A stretch of 64,000 nucleotides of DNA from contig CACOJO010000001.1 of assembly GCA_902627595.1 (NCBI GenBank), positions 117,590 through 181,589 of the forward strand. The letters are read 5' to 3'. Both the position numbers and the translations under genes were made by a program. Below the pieces are notes generated by a model. It was not told the origin of the DNA. It worked only from the letters and a program-made list of their open reading frames with translations, and made no database searches. This DNA comes from an uncultured SAR86 cluster bacterium. Lineage in GTDB: Bacteria; Pseudomonadota; Gammaproteobacteria; Magnimaribacterales; AG-339-G14. Positions 20,057 through 31,224 of this stretch are shown here, piece by piece (positions within the stretch are counted from its first letter, which is position 1; every line of letters begins with the position of its first letter).

Positions 20057-20858
20057 GCTATCTCCATTAGTAAGAAGAATCACGGCAGGTAATTCCAGCG
20101 TCTTTACAGGCCCTGGAACAAATACTTATCTTGTTGGCAAAGAAGAAATCACAGTGATTGATCCAGGTCCTGCAATGCCAGAGCATATAGAAAATATTAC
20201 CAAAGCTTGTGGAGAAGATATCAAGCAAATCTTAGTTACTCATACTCATCCCGATCACTCTCCAGGCGCTAAGTTACTTCATCAGAGAACTGCTGCACCA
20301 GTGATGGGAATGTATGCATTACACAAGCAAACTCAAGATAAAACATTTAAAGCTAATAAAGTTTTAGAAGATGGTGATGAAATCAGAGAAATTGAGTACA
20401 CCTTAAAAGCTATTCACACGCCAGGACATGCTTCTAATCATCTGTGTTACCTCTTAGAAGAAGAGAAGATGATTTTTACTGGTGATCATATTATGGAAGG
20501 CTCTACAGTAGTCATAGGTCCACCCGATGGGAACATGAAGCAATACATTGACTCTTTGGAAAAACTCAAACAATTCGATATTTCTTTGATTGCACCTGGA
20601 CATGGCAATCTCATGAAAGATCCTAAAAGTGTTGTAGATTGGATTGTCAGTCATAGAATGTTTAGAGAAAAGAAAGTAGTGGATGCATTGACTGAATTTT
20701 CAAAAGCCAACTTGGATGAACTGGTGGAGAAGGTTTATGACGATGTTGATGAAAGACTCCATGGCATTGCTAGAGCTTCGCTATTAGCTCACTTGAATAA
20801 ATTAGTTGAAGAAGACAAAGCCATCAGCAAAGGTGACGAGTTTTTCTGGAAAGGTTAA
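20043..20858 (+). CDS. MBL-fold metallo-hydrolase (LACTB2-like, with C-terminal winged helix)
   Basis: TGPGTNTY, IDPGP, THTHPDH, HTPGH, TGDH, PGHG; ORF track start is 20034. Confidence 0.85.
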   Translation: MTITELSPLVRRITAGNSSVFTGPGTNTYLVGKEEITVIDPGPAMPEHIENITKACGEDIKQILVTHTHPDHSPGAKLLHQRTAAPVMGMYALHKQTQDKTFKANKVLEDGDEIREIEYTLKAIHTPGHASNHLCYLLEEEKMIFTGDHIMEGSTVVIGPPDGNMKQYIDSLEKLKQFDISLIAPGHGNLMKDPKSVVDWIVSHRMFREKKVVDALTEFSKANLDELVEKVYDDVDERLHGIARASLLAHLNKLVEEDKAISKGDEFFWKG

Positions 20859-20863
20859 TTTTT

Positions 20864-21259
20864 ATGAAAAAACCACCAAAAAAAGTTCCATATACTTGGT
20901 GGTTTTTATTAGCACTCTTTTCTTTGATATGGCCTATGTTTTTAGGTCCTTATCTAGCTATATATAATCCATCATTTTTTGAAGGACCAAATGTTTCCGA
21001 ACTAACACTTAGTTCAGGGCTTTATGTCGCTAGAAATCTTGCAGTTGGACTAGCATTTCTTTTAGCTATTTATTTAAGAAATGCTTCTATGCTTTTTATT
21101 CTGATTATCGTTAGATTAATAACGGATTTAATTGATGCCCCTATGTTCTTTATCTTCAAAGACTCTAATCTGATAGGTTTAGTTATTATTTTTACAATAT
21201 TTTGTTACCTACCGGCATATATTGGATTACGTTATCTCTGGAATCAAACTAAAAAGTGA
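20864..21259 (+). CDS. Hypothetical membrane protein (about 4 TM segments)
   Basis: Four hydrophobic stretches; RN and R-x3-D motifs; co-oriented with the upstream pair. Confidence 0.7.
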   Translation: MKKPPKKVPYTWWFLLALFSLIWPMFLGPYLAIYNPSFFEGPNVSELTLSSGLYVARNLAVGLAFLLAIYLRNASMLFILIIVRLITDLIDAPMFFIFKDSNLIGLVIIFTIFCYLPAYIGLRYLWNQTKK

Positions 21260-21348
21260 AAGCTTGCATCAACTTAAACAGCTTTAGTTAAATTAAAAAA
21301 ATATTACATTTTCCCAATAAAATGGCGAAGAGACTTTTTCTTAACTTT

Positions 21349-21975
21349 TTACTTGAACTTTACCCCACAACCACCATGTCCACAGTAACCGTTAGGGTTT
21401 TTTGCTAAGTATTGTTGATGATAATCTTCAGCATAGTATTCTTCTGAAACAGGTAAGATTTCTGTAACAATTTCGCCAAAGCCATTGGTATCCAATTTTG
21501 CTTGATAAATTTCTTTGGTTTTGACTGCCAGTTCTTCTTGAGTTTTATCAAAAAAATAAATTCCGGAGCGGTATTGTGTGCCTACATCACCACCTTGGCG
21601 CATGAATTGGGTAGGATCATGTCCTTCCCAAAAGACTTGCAACAATCCTTCTAAATCAGATGCATCTTCATAAGTCACAAAAACAATTTCAGAATGCGCA
21701 GTTAATCCAGAACAAACTTCTTCATAAGTAGGGTTGGGCGTGTGTCCAGCAGCATAGCCAACACCGGTAACCTTGACACAATCCAAATCCCAAAACATTT
21801 TTTCTGCTCCCCAAAAGCAGCCCATACCAAAGAGTATTCTGGGATCGTCTTGAGACATACACTCAGACATAGGTGCTCCAGTCACAAAGTGATTTTCTGG
21901 ATTGTAAATTGCCTGAGTTCTACCAGGCAGACAATCTTCTTTAATGGGTATTTCTAAACTTTTAAATCCAAACAT
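21349..21975 (-). CDS. msrA: Peptide-methionine (S)-S-oxide reductase
   Basis: GCFWGAE, NPTYEEVCSG, GTQYRSGIY, AEDYHQQYL. Confidence 0.96.
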   Translation of the reverse strand: MFGFKSLEIPIKEDCLPGRTQAIYNPENHFVTGAPMSECMSQDDPRILFGMGCFWGAEKMFWDLDCVKVTGVGYAAGHTPNPTYEEVCSGLTAHSEIVFVTYEDASDLEGLLQVFWEGHDPTQFMRQGGDVGTQYRSGIYFFDKTQEELAVKTKEIYQAKLDTNGFGEIVTEILPVSEEYYAEDYHQQYLAKNPNGYCGHGGCGVKFK

Positions 21976-23904
21976 TTATTTATTTAATCTTTCTTTGATC
22001 AAGATGTCTATGATACTGGGATCAGCAAGGGTGGTGGTATCTCCCAAATTGTCCAATTCGTTTTCTGCGATTTTTCTTAAAATCCTACGCATGATTTTTC
22101 CTGATCGGGTTTTGGGTAAATCGTAACAGAATTGAATGGAATCCGGTTTTGCAATGGGACCGATTTCTTTGACGATGAGTCCAATTAATTCTTGATGGAT
22201 TTCATCAGAAGCTTTTGCCTCTTTCATAAGGTTCACGTAACAATAAATTCCTTGTCCCTTGATCTGATGTTCAAAGCCAACTACCGCAGCTTCTGCGACT
22301 GCTTCGTGTAACACTAAAGCACTTTCTATCTCTGCAGTACCCAATCGATGCCCAGAGACATTTAAGACATCATCAACTCGTCCTGTGATTCTATAAAAAC
22401 CGTCTGCATCTCGCTCAGCACCATCTCCGGTAAAATAAAAACCTTTGTAAGTTGAATAGTAGGTTTCGACACATCTTTGATGATCTCCATAAACCGTTCT
22501 GATTTGCGATGGCCAAGAACTTTTGACGACTAAATTACCCTTACCAGGTCCTTCGATTTCATTACCTTCTTCATCCACAAGCGCAGGATTGATCCCAAGG
22601 AAAGGTTTACCAGCACAACCTGGTTTTTGATCAGAAAAACCTGCCAAACCAGAAATCATGATGCTACCGGTTTCGGTTTGCCACCAAGTATCAACTATTG
22701 GGCATTTGCCTTTACCAACCTCATTGTAATACCACTCCCAGGCTTCTGGATTTATAGGCTCTCCAACTGTACCCAATACTTCCAAAGAGTCTCTCGAAGA
22801 GGATTGCAAAGGCTCATTGCCATGGGCCATAAGCGCTCTAATCGCAGTAGGGGCTGTGTAGAAAATATTTACTTGATGTTTATCAATCACGTTCCAGAAT
22901 CTAGAAACATCGGGAAATGTTGGTATGCCCTCAAACATCAAAGTAGTTGAGGCATTTGCTAAAGGACCATAGACAATATAAGTGTGACCTGTAACCCAGC
23001 CAACGTCTGCAGTACACCAGTAAATACTGTCTTCTTTTAAATCGAAAATGTATTTGTGGCTTAAGGCTGCACCCAACAAATATCCTCCGGTGGTATGCAG
23101 TACCCCTTTGGGTTTTCCTGTTGAACCTGAGGTATAAAGAATGAAAAGTGGATCTTCGGCATTCATTTCTTCGCAAGGACAATCTGCATCAAATTTTTCA
23201 ATGTTTTGGTAATAGTCGACTTCCACTTCATTTTCGTTAATAAGTGAGTTTTCCGTTCGATTAACGACTATTACACTGTGCACATTAGGACAGTCCTTTA
23301 GAGCTTCATTCACATTATTTTTTAGCGGGACGAGTTTTCCTCCTCTGATTCCTTCATTTGCAGTTATTATTGCGGTGCAATCCGAGTCCAAAATTCTATC
23401 TTTTAGGGATTCGATGGAAAACCCTCCAAAGACCACTGAGTGAATGGCACCAATTCTGGCACAAGCCAACATCGCATAAGCTGCCTCAGGAATCATCGGC
23501 ATGTATATGCAAACTCGATCGCCTTTTTTTACATTTCTGGATTTTAAAAGATTGGCAAACTGGCAAACATTTTTGTATAGATCTTGAAAAGAAATTTCTT
23601 TATTGTCGTTGGGATCATCTCCTTCCCATATGATAGCAGTTTTGTTTGCATGCTTTTCTAGATGACGATCAATGCAATTGAAACAGGCATTCAATTTTCC
23701 TGTTTTGAACCAGGCTACTTTGCCTGACTCCAAATCGGATGCAGCCACTTCATTCCAATTGGAAAACCAGTCCAAGGTTTCTTCAGCTTTGTTTTGCCAG
23801 AAGCTCTCTGGATTATTTATCGACTCTTGATATTCAGCATTGAAATCTTCTTCAGAGATTATGGAATTTTTCTTTTTTACTTCGCTTACCAAATAAGTTT
23901 TCAT
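21976..23904 (-). CDS. acs: Acetyl-CoA synthetase
   Basis: [37 protein letters not shown]. Confidence 0.96.
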   Translation of the reverse strand: MKTYLVSEVKKKNSIISEEDFNAEYQESINNPESFWQNKAEETLDWFSNWNEVAASDLESGKVAWFKTGKLNACFNCIDRHLEKHANKTAIIWEGDDPNDNKEISFQDLYKNVCQFANLLKSRNVKKGDRVCIYMPMIPEAAYAMLACARIGAIHSVVFGGFSIESLKDRILDSDCTAIITANEGIRGGKLVPLKNNVNEALKDCPNVHSVIVVNRTENSLINENEVEVDYYQNIEKFDADCPCEEMNAEDPLFILYTSGSTGKPKGVLHTTGGYLLGAALSHKYIFDLKEDSIYWCTADVGWVTGHTYIVYGPLANASTTLMFEGIPTFPDVSRFWNVIDKHQVNIFYTAPTAIRALMAHGNEPLQSSSRDSLEVLGTVGEPINPEAWEWYYNEVGKGKCPIVDTWWQTETGSIMISGLAGFSDQKPGCAGKPFLGINPALVDEEGNEIEGPGKGNLVVKSSWPSQIRTVYGDHQRCVETYYSTYKGFYFTGDGAERDADGFYRITGRVDDVLNVSGHRLGTAEIESALVLHEAVAEAAVVGFEHQIKGQGIYCYVNLMKEAKASDEIHQELIGLIVKEIGPIAKPDSIQFCYDLPKTRSGKIMRRILRKIAENELDNLGDTTTLADPSIIDILIKERLNK

Positions 23905-23927
23905 TAAATAATTCTATCTTGAAAACT

Positions 23928-24368
23928 TTAGTCAAAGTTAAAGTTTTTAAACTCTTGAGCTTGGCAATTTATTTCTTTCAATGGGTTTATGAAAAAGTCC
24001 CGATTTTGCCAATCGTAGTGTGGCACTTTCAAAAGGGGCGTATCTATTGTTTCGTCATCAAAAAATACAATGTCGATATCAATGGTTCGAGGTTTCATGT
24101 GAGAGTCTTTTTTGCGTTTGAGTTTCTTTTCAATTTTTTGCAGATGCTCAAGAAATTCGAAAGGAGTGAATTTTGTGTCAACTTCCAAAGCAAGATTGAA
24201 GAAAAATGGCTGCTCGATTGGACCATAAGCAGGAGATTTATGGATTTCGCTTGCTTTTAGAATTTTTGTTTCAGAAAGGGCGCTTATTTTTATTTTAGCA
24301 TTTTCAAGATTTGTTGACCGATTGCCTAAGTTAGAGCCTAAAATCAAGTACGCAAGATGAGATGACAT
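23928..24368 (-). CDS. folK: 2-amino-4-hydroxy-6-hydroxymethyldihydropteridine diphosphokinase
   Basis: LGSNLG, PRTIDIDI, VPH. Confidence 0.92.
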   Translation of the reverse strand: MSSHLAYLILGSNLGNRSTNLENAKIKISALSETKILKASEIHKSPAYGPIEQPFFFNLALEVDTKFTPFEFLEHLQKIEKKLKRKKDSHMKPRTIDIDIVFFDDETIDTPLLKVPHYDWQNRDFFINPLKEINCQAQEFKNFNFD

Positions 24369-24976
24369 TAACCGAACTGTTGTTTTTCTTTAATTTCATC
24401 GACGGTTTTGCAATCGATACATTTGGTTGCAGTAGGTCTGGCTTCCAATCTCTTGATACCAATTTCAACACCACAGGATTCACAGTAACCGTAAAGACTA
24501 TCTTCTATATCCTTCAAAGAAAGATCAATCTTTCCTATAAGTTTTCGTTCTCTTTCTCTTTTTCTCAATTCCAACATAAATTCTTCTTCTTTTGCAGCAC
24601 GATCCAAAGAATCTGGAAAATTACTTTGATCTTGTTGAATTAACTGTTCAGTTTTTTCTTGTTCTTCTATGAGAGCGTCTTTCCAAGCGGTAAGCATTCC
24701 CAGAAAATGTTTCTGTTGATTTTTATTCATGTATTTTTCTGATTTCTTTGACCTATAAGGCTGAAAATTCTTCAAGAAAGCTGAAAAATCCGTAGGGGAG
24801 ACGCTTACTTTGACTGCAGCTTTTTTTGGCGTCTTTTTAGTAACGGTTACTTTTTTTACTGGTTTACCTGTCTTTTTTGCAGCTGGTTTCTTTACCGGTT
24901 TTTTTTGTACCTTAGTAACTTTTTTAGCAGCAGGCTTTTTTGTTTTGGTTGGTTTTTTTGAATTTTTAGTAGCCAT
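24368..24976 (-). CDS. dksA: RNA polymerase-binding protein DksA with Lys-rich N-terminal extension
   Basis: FPDSLDRAAKEEE, YGYCESCG...ARPTATKCIDCK zinc finger. Confidence 0.95.
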   Translation of the reverse strand: MATKNSKKPTKTKKPAAKKVTKVQKKPVKKPAAKKTGKPVKKVTVTKKTPKKAAVKVSVSPTDFSAFLKNFQPYRSKKSEKYMNKNQQKHFLGMLTAWKDALIEEQEKTEQLIQQDQSNFPDSLDRAAKEEEFMLELRKRERERKLIGKIDLSLKDIEDSLYGYCESCGVEIGIKRLEARPTATKCIDCKTVDEIKEKQQFG

Positions 24977-25029
24977 AATTTAGAAGAGCAAAATTTATCA
25001 AAAGAAGATGAAAGTATCCAGTTATTTTC

Positions 25030-26010
25030 CTATTTTTTAGAGAACTCCTTTAAATATTCTGGGTATTTATTTTTTTTAAGTCTTGGTCCAATTTCAGAAA
25101 CTCCTTTTGAAGCCAAAAAGTTACCAAATTTTGCCGATTCATTATTTTCCCAGCCTTCGCTCAAACCATGAATTACACCACCCGCAAACATATCTCCAGC
25201 GCCATTAGTGTCAACTGCCTTTGCTTCATAAGCAGGTATCTCATAGGTTTGTTTTTCCTCAAGAACAATAGTTGGGTTAACTCCATTGGTGATAAAAATT
25301 GTTTTTGCACAGTCTCTTAAGTCTTCGAAGTTATCGGAACCACAAAAAGTTTTTGCTTCTTCATGATTGCAAAATAAATAATCAATTTGCTTATCCATCC
25401 AAGATTTCAAATCGTTTTTAAAGCCAGCAACAATTCCAGGATCGGAAAGACTCAAAGCTATTTTGATATCGGATTCGCGACAGCTTTCGACGAGTTTCTT
25501 TGCGGTATCCTTTGTATCTGGAGAAGTAACCACATAAGCTTCCATAAACAGAAGATTTGTCGAAGAAACCTGATGGAAATTTATTTCAGAGAATTTTGTT
25601 TCAGAACTAACGCCAAGATAAGTATTCATTGTTCTTTCTGCATCGGGAGTGATCAAAACAATACAGTTACCGGTTTTACCATCTGATGATGTGACGCAAT
25701 TTGATATTTCAATATTATTGTCTTTTAAATCGGCGTTATAGATCTCACCATCTTCATCTTGCGCAACTTTTCCAATGAAACCAGCAGTAGTTCCCAAAGC
25801 TGCAGCTGCATAAATGCTATTTGTTGCTGACCCTCCACATGAAGAAATTTGATTGTAATTCTGGTCTCGCAGAAAAGTTAGCAACTCATTCTGTTCCTCT
25901 TCAGAATTTAAAGTCATCAAACCTTTTTCTATGCCCAGATCATTAAGCACATCATCTTTGATAAGAAATTGTTTATCGACTAGTGCTGCTCCAAAACCAA
26001 TAACTTTCAT
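25030..26010 (-). CDS. PfkB-family adenosine/nucleoside kinase
   Basis: GAALVD, CGGSATN, ITPDAERTMNTYLG, DTNGAGDMFAGG. Confidence 0.87.
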   Translation of the reverse strand: MKVIGFGAALVDKQFLIKDDVLNDLGIEKGLMTLNSEEEQNELLTFLRDQNYNQISSCGGSATNSIYAAAALGTTAGFIGKVAQDEDGEIYNADLKDNNIEISNCVTSSDGKTGNCIVLITPDAERTMNTYLGVSSETKFSEINFHQVSSTNLLFMEAYVVTSPDTKDTAKKLVESCRESDIKIALSLSDPGIVAGFKNDLKSWMDKQIDYLFCNHEEAKTFCGSDNFEDLRDCAKTIFITNGVNPTIVLEEKQTYEIPAYEAKAVDTNGAGDMFAGGVIHGLSEGWENNESAKFGNFLASKGVSEIGPRLKKNKYPEYLKEFSKK

Positions 26011-26633
26011 AACTTTTTATACTCATCTAAAACATGTTTAGGATTTTTATAAAGGGCTTCACTTAGGGCAAAACAAGAATAGCCGCAATTTTTTACTTCC
26101 TTGATGTTTTTTTTGTTGATACCTCCAATAGCTACAAGAGGCTTATCAGTATAGCTTAGGAATTCCCTTTTTACGTTTTCATTTGTCTCCGAAATAGTCG
26201 ACTTAGTATTTGAAGGATAAAAAGACCCAACTGCCAAATAAGTCCATCTGATTTCATCTTCAGGAGGATTGACCACCAGTTCCTTATTCCATTTACAAGA
26301 TAAACCGCTTATCAAATTATTTGTAATAAAGTCTTTGTTCTTTTTTAAGATTTCTAAGTTTTCTTCAGATGAGTAATCTTCTAAACCGAGGTGAAAGCCA
26401 TCGGCACTTATTTCCAAACAAATTTCGATATGATCATTGATAAGTAACTTGGCCTCATACTTTTTAGTCAACTTCAAAAGCGCATTTGCTTTTTCTTGAA
26501 AAGTCTTTTTATCAAGACTTTTGTCTCTGTACTGTATGAGTTTAATACCTTCTTTAAGCAAGACTTCGGTTTTAGAAAGTAAATCGTTTTCTTTCAAACC
26601 ATCGGGCGTAATTGCATAAACTCCTTGAATCAT
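26007..26633 (-). CDS. thiE: Thiamine phosphate synthase
   Basis: GVYAIT, IQYRDK, INDH, PSNTK, VAIGGI. Confidence 0.85.
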   Translation of the reverse strand: MIQGVYAITPDGLKENDLLSKTEVLLKEGIKLIQYRDKSLDKKTFQEKANALLKLTKKYEAKLLINDHIEICLEISADGFHLGLEDYSSEENLEILKKNKDFITNNLISGLSCKWNKELVVNPPEDEIRWTYLAVGSFYPSNTKSTISETNENVKREFLSYTDKPLVAIGGINKKNIKEVKNCGYSCFALSEALYKNPKHVLDEYKKL

Positions 26634-26635
26634 TA

Positions 26636-27397
26636 TTAAATTTTAAAAATATTCTGATGAAGATGATTTCTTGAATTTTTTACTAAAACTTTCATTAGGT
26701 TTTGTGATTTCGAACAAGCATCCTTCAAACTTTTTTTATTTACCAAAAAGCATAAGATGGATGTCGATAAAGCACATCCACTACCGTGCATGATATTTTT
26801 CAACTTAGGAACTTCGTCAATGTTTACTAACTCGCCTTTTGAGTAGAGATGACTTCTAATCTTTCCTTTTTTTAACTCTCCAGTTACGTAAACATTTTCA
26901 ATGCCTTTATCTTTTAAAAACAAAATGCCATCTAAAATATTTTTTTTATTTGTAAGCGTTTTCAACTCATAAATGTTTGGTGTCAACAGAGTTGCTTTCG
27001 TATAGAGCTTTTGTATTAGTGAGTCCAAATCTTTTTTCAGAAAAAACTTTTTTCCAGTGCCGGATTTCAAAATGGGATCAATCACTACAATTTCAGGTTT
27101 GTTTGAAGCAATTAAGTTACCCAATTTACTAGCTATTTTGATATTAGGAACCAAGCCAACCTTGAAGTACTGCAGTGAAAAGTTTTTTAAAAGATTCTTA
27201 AAAGTTTCATGAATATATTTTTCATCTTGAGGAATTATTTTTTCAAAACTTTTCAAATTTTGAACAGTCTCACAAGTAAGAATTGAGAGACAATGCTTGT
27301 CGTGATGATTTGCGATTAGTGCATCAACTTGAATTCCGGCTCCACCAGTAGGATCGTGTCCGGCGATAGATAGAATAAGGTTGTCTTCCTTGATCAT
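26636..27397 (-). CDS. thiD: Hydroxymethylpyrimidine/phosphomethylpyrimidine kinase
   Basis: IAGHDPTGGAGIQVD, IDPIL, LTPN, HGSGCALS. Confidence 0.87.
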   Translation of the reverse strand: MIKEDNLILSIAGHDPTGGAGIQVDALIANHHDKHCLSILTCETVQNLKSFEKIIPQDEKYIHETFKNLLKNFSLQYFKVGLVPNIKIASKLGNLIASNKPEIVVIDPILKSGTGKKFFLKKDLDSLIQKLYTKATLLTPNIYELKTLTNKKNILDGILFLKDKGIENVYVTGELKKGKIRSHLYSKGELVNIDEVPKLKNIMHGSGCALSTSILCFLVNKKSLKDACSKSQNLMKVLVKNSRNHLHQNIFKI

Positions 27398-27438
27398 GCT
27401 TTAAAGTATAATGTTTTTGAAAAATTAAAAATAAATAA

Positions 27439-28419
27439 ATGTCTTTGAATATTGGAATAGTAGGCGCTACAGGCTATGTGGGAGAGGAGTTAGCTTCAAT
27501 CGTTGAATCTAGAGAGGATTTGAGCCTTGCCTTTGTATCTTCTTTTTCGCATGAAGGGAAGGAATACAAAGAAGTCAATTCAAAAACGAATAGTAAATTA
27601 GTTTTACAAACGATAGATCAAATGCCCGATGATCTTGATTATGTTTTTTTTGCAACCAAACATGACTATTCAATGGACTATGTTCCAGAAGTTTTAAAAA
27701 AAGGGGTAAAAGTCATTGATCTTTCTGCAGATTTTAGACTTTCAAATGGAAAACTTTGGCAGGAAACTTATGACAGCAAACACAGAGCAGACGATCTTTT
27801 ACCTGAAGCAATTTATGGTTTACCTGAATATTCCGCAAAAAAAATCAAAGCAGCTAATTTAGTCGCAGTACCCGGATGTTATCCAACTGCCTCCATTCTT
27901 GGATTGCTTCCAGTAATTCCTTACTTGCAAAAAAATTCAAAGATCATTTTGGATGCCAAATCAGGCATTAGCGGAGCTGGAAAATCTTCAGTAGAAAATG
28001 GCCTAGCTGAGGAAATTAAAGAAAATTTTAAGTCTTATAACGTTGGTTTTCATAGACATCAACCTGAAATAAAAGATTTTTTGAAGACAGAATTCAATAT
28101 TGACCATGAGATTATTTTTATCCCACATCTTTTACCGCTCTTCAGAGGAGAATACGTGACTATATACTGCGAAGTTACTCAAAGCGATTTGAGTCTTGCT
28201 CATTTATACAAAACTTATTACGAAAAGCATCAACTAGTAAGAATCAAAAAAAAGGGAGACATTGCTCAAATTAAAGATGTAATTAATACATTCTTTTGTG
28301 ATATATCGGTTTCATATGCTTTCCAAAGTAATACAATTGTGATTAATTCAACTATAGATAACCTGTTAAAAGGTGCCGCAAGCCAAGCAATACAATGTTT
28401 GGATATAATGACTAATTGA
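27439..28419 (+). CDS. argC: N-acetyl-gamma-glutamyl-phosphate reductase
   Basis: [37 protein letters not shown]. Confidence 0.95.
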   Translation: MSLNIGIVGATGYVGEELASIVESREDLSLAFVSSFSHEGKEYKEVNSKTNSKLVLQTIDQMPDDLDYVFFATKHDYSMDYVPEVLKKGVKVIDLSADFRLSNGKLWQETYDSKHRADDLLPEAIYGLPEYSAKKIKAANLVAVPGCYPTASILGLLPVIPYLQKNSKIILDAKSGISGAGKSSVENGLAEEIKENFKSYNVGFHRHQPEIKDFLKTEFNIDHEIIFIPHLLPLFRGEYVTIYCEVTQSDLSLAHLYKTYYEKHQLVRIKKKGDIAQIKDVINTFFCDISVSYAFQSNTIVINSTIDNLLKGAASQAIQCLDIMTN

Positions 28420-28420
28420 T

Positions 28421-28768
28421 ATGGTAGAAAAATTTGTTCCAAAAGAACTTAACATAACAGAAAGCGCTGTTTTAAAGGTTAAAAAATTAATCGCTGAAGA
28501 AAATAAAAAAAATCTGTATCTTAGAGTTTTTGTTACTGGCGGCGGCTGTTCAGGCTTTCAATATGGTTTTAAGCTAGATGAGAATACAGAAGATGACGAT
28601 ACTGTCTTGAAAGAGGATAGCGTGTCTGTATTGATAGACTCTTTGAGTATTCAATATCTTTTTGGCTCAACTTTAGATTATGTTGAAAATCTTGAAGGTT
28701 CAAAATTTGTAATTGAAAATCCAAATGCAACAACAACCTGTGGTTGTGGAGCATCTTTTTCCATTTAG
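28421..28768 (+). CDS. erpA: Fe-S cluster insertion protein ErpA
   Basis: [25 protein letters not shown]; argC-erpA synteny. Confidence 0.93.
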   Translation: MVEKFVPKELNITESAVLKVKKLIAEENKKNLYLRVFVTGGGCSGFQYGFKLDENTEDDDTVLKEDSVSVLIDSLSIQYLFGSTLDYVENLEGSKFVIENPNATTTCGCGASFSI

Positions 28769-29886
28769 TTTATTATTTCTCCCATTAAACAAGGCTTGGA
28801 ACCTGTGACACTGGTAAGTCTAATTTTTTGTTTTTCCAATCTCTTTTTTGCTAACCAAGCGAAAGTCATTGCCTCAACATCAAGAGGATCAACTCCTATA
28901 TCTGATGTTTTGAAAAATTTAAGATTTTCATATTTTAGATCTTCAAACTTACTCATTAAATAATCGTTTTTCGTCCCACCACCACAAAAATAAACTTCGT
29001 AAAATCCCGAACAGTATTTTTGTAGATCTTTTAAGATTGCTTGAAAAGTAATTTCGGTCAAACCAGATATTAAATCTTCATCTTTAAGTTTCTTCTTTTC
29101 ATTAATTTCAATTTTAAACTTTCTTAAATCATAATTTTCTACAGACTGACTCTTAGGAATTTCCTTTTTAAAGTAACTTGTATTTAAAAACTTTTGAATT
29201 GAATTTTTTAATGCTAGAGGATTTCCTTTCTTGGCTAAAGCTCCTTTATTGTCATAATGTTTTTTACCATTAGTTATTTTTTTTACAGCTTGATCTATAA
29301 AGCAATTACCCGGTCCAATATCCCAACCAAGTATTTTTCCTTTTGAAGGGAGCAAAGTTATGTTGGCTATTCCACCAATATTTACTATTGCACGATTTAC
29401 TTTTGCTTTAGACATAAATTCGTTATGGAATGCAGGAGTAAGCGGAGCACCAATTCCACCATTTGCTATATCGCTTTGACGAAATCCATAAATTACTTTT
29501 ATGCCTGTGAGCTTACTAATCAATTCTGGATTACCAATCTGTAAGCTAAAGGGGTTTTTTATCGAAGAATTATGCTTAATAGTTTGTCCATGACTTCCTA
29601 TTGCTTTTATTTTTTTCCTATCTATTTTGGTTTTTTTGATTAATTGGTTTATACATTTACTAATGAGCTCTCCTAAAATGAGATCTAATTCTTTTTGTTT
29701 TTTAGAATAGTTAAGGACTTGATCGTTTAATACAAGTTCAAATATTTTATTTTTTATTTCTACAGGTATTTTCTTTGAAAAACGATTGATAACTTTATCC
29801 GATTTTGAAAAATCAATTAATAAAGCATCAATTGAATCTGCCGATGTTCCAGATAGGACACCAATATAAATCTCAGATTTGGGCAT
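28765..29886 (-). CDS. anmK: Anhydro-N-acetylmuramic acid kinase
   Basis: [43 protein letters not shown]. Confidence 0.93.
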   Translation of the reverse strand: MPKSEIYIGVLSGTSADSIDALLIDFSKSDKVINRFSKKIPVEIKNKIFELVLNDQVLNYSKKQKELDLILGELISKCINQLIKKTKIDRKKIKAIGSHGQTIKHNSSIKNPFSLQIGNPELISKLTGIKVIYGFRQSDIANGGIGAPLTPAFHNEFMSKAKVNRAIVNIGGIANITLLPSKGKILGWDIGPGNCFIDQAVKKITNGKKHYDNKGALAKKGNPLALKNSIQKFLNTSYFKKEIPKSQSVENYDLRKFKIEINEKKKLKDEDLISGLTEITFQAILKDLQKYCSGFYEVYFCGGGTKNDYLMSKFEDLKYENLKFFKTSDIGVDPLDVEAMTFAWLAKKRLEKQKIRLTSVTGSKPCLMGEIIN

Positions 29887-31159
29887 AAAATTTTAAGAAT
29901 AGCTCATCAAGTCGATTGATCATCTTAATTGCATGATCAAGAAATTCTTTTTTTTCAATTTCTGAAATGGGTTTTGCATCAGGCAATTTTACTGTTAGAG
30001 GGTTTGTATGATTTCCTCCAACTCTAAATTCATAGTGCAAGTGCGGCCCTGTCGCCAATCCTGTTTGACCTACATAACCAATAGTTTCCCCTTGATCCAC
30101 TTTTGATCCATTGCTTAACCTAGGGTTAAATTTCGATAAATGTGCATAGCGAGTGGAATAATCCTCTGAGTGTTTAATTTCAATTAGTTTTCCATAACCT
30201 CCTTTATTTCCTATAAAGGAAACGGTTCCAGAGCTTGTTGATCTGACTGGAGTTCCTGTTGGCGCTGCATAATCTACACCGGTATGAGCTCTAATTTTAT
30301 TTAGCACAGGATGTTTTCTTTTTAGATTATATCTTGAGCTTATGTAAGAAAATTCTACAGGAGTTCGCAAAAAAGCCTTCTTAACATTCTCACCACGTGT
30401 TGAAAAATATTCCTTGGAACCAGAAACTTTCGAAAAAAAGCGAATTGCTGAAAAAATATTTTTTCCTCTTTTAAATCTAGCTGCTTTTATGTCTCCATTT
30501 TTAATTTTTTCTCCCTTATAAAAATATTCTTCATAAAGAATTTCAAAACTGTCTCCCGATCTGATATCAAATACGAAATCTATATCCCAACCAAATATAT
30601 AAACTAAATCCATTATTACACTATCAGATATCCCTTCTTTCAGGGCAGATTGGTATAAAGACTCATCAATTGTCACAGAAGCAAATCTCTCCAAAACTTC
30701 GGGGACTCTTTCGTGATTTTTAATCGAATAACTTTTATCTTTTAATTCTGCTAAAACACCTTTCAAACCATTTCTTGTAACAAAAATTTCTATAGGGATT
30801 TTATTTTTAGAAAATGATATCTCAATAAAATCTCCTGTTTTTATATCAGCAAGTTTTTCTGACCCTTTTGTTTTGATTAAAGCTTTTATAAACCTATTAT
30901 CTACTTCATTTGATGCCAATATCTTTATCAAAGTATCGTTTTTATCTACTTTAATTTTTTTTGATAATGCTCCTTTATAAATTTCTGTTTCTGAGTCGCT
31001 TTCTAAAACCATTTGATCTCGAAAAGAAGTATCTGAAATTATTTCCGGAGCATAATTTTTTCCAAAATTAGCCCCAAAATTCAGATAAAGATAAAAGGCA
31101 ATTGTTATGACCAACAGGAAAAGCAAATAATATTTAATATCAAGAATTAAATTTTTCAT
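29873..31159 (-). CDS. M23 peptidoglycan DD-endopeptidase (MepM/OapA-like)
   Basis: N-terminal TM, HTGVDYAA, YAHLS, TGPHLHYEF. Confidence 0.9.
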   Translation of the reverse strand: MKNLILDIKYYLLFLLVITIAFYLYLNFGANFGKNYAPEIISDTSFRDQMVLESDSETEIYKGALSKKIKVDKNDTLIKILASNEVDNRFIKALIKTKGSEKLADIKTGDFIEISFSKNKIPIEIFVTRNGLKGVLAELKDKSYSIKNHERVPEVLERFASVTIDESLYQSALKEGISDSVIMDLVYIFGWDIDFVFDIRSGDSFEILYEEYFYKGEKIKNGDIKAARFKRGKNIFSAIRFFSKVSGSKEYFSTRGENVKKAFLRTPVEFSYISSRYNLKRKHPVLNKIRAHTGVDYAAPTGTPVRSTSSGTVSFIGNKGGYGKLIEIKHSEDYSTRYAHLSKFNPRLSNGSKVDQGETIGYVGQTGLATGPHLHYEFRVGGNHTNPLTVKLPDAKPISEIEKKEFLDHAIKMINRLDELFLKFYAQI

Positions 31160-31224
31160 CTGCGTTTTAGAGTATCATTCCAAGAAATATTTAAATTTTA
31201 TTGAGAAATAATTAATTATATTTT

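Noticed and set aside
23919-24643. Plus-strand ORFs 23919..24260 and 24362..24643, and similar antisense ORFs across the window
   Set aside because: They fully overlap well-supported genes on the opposite strand and show no recognisable motifs.
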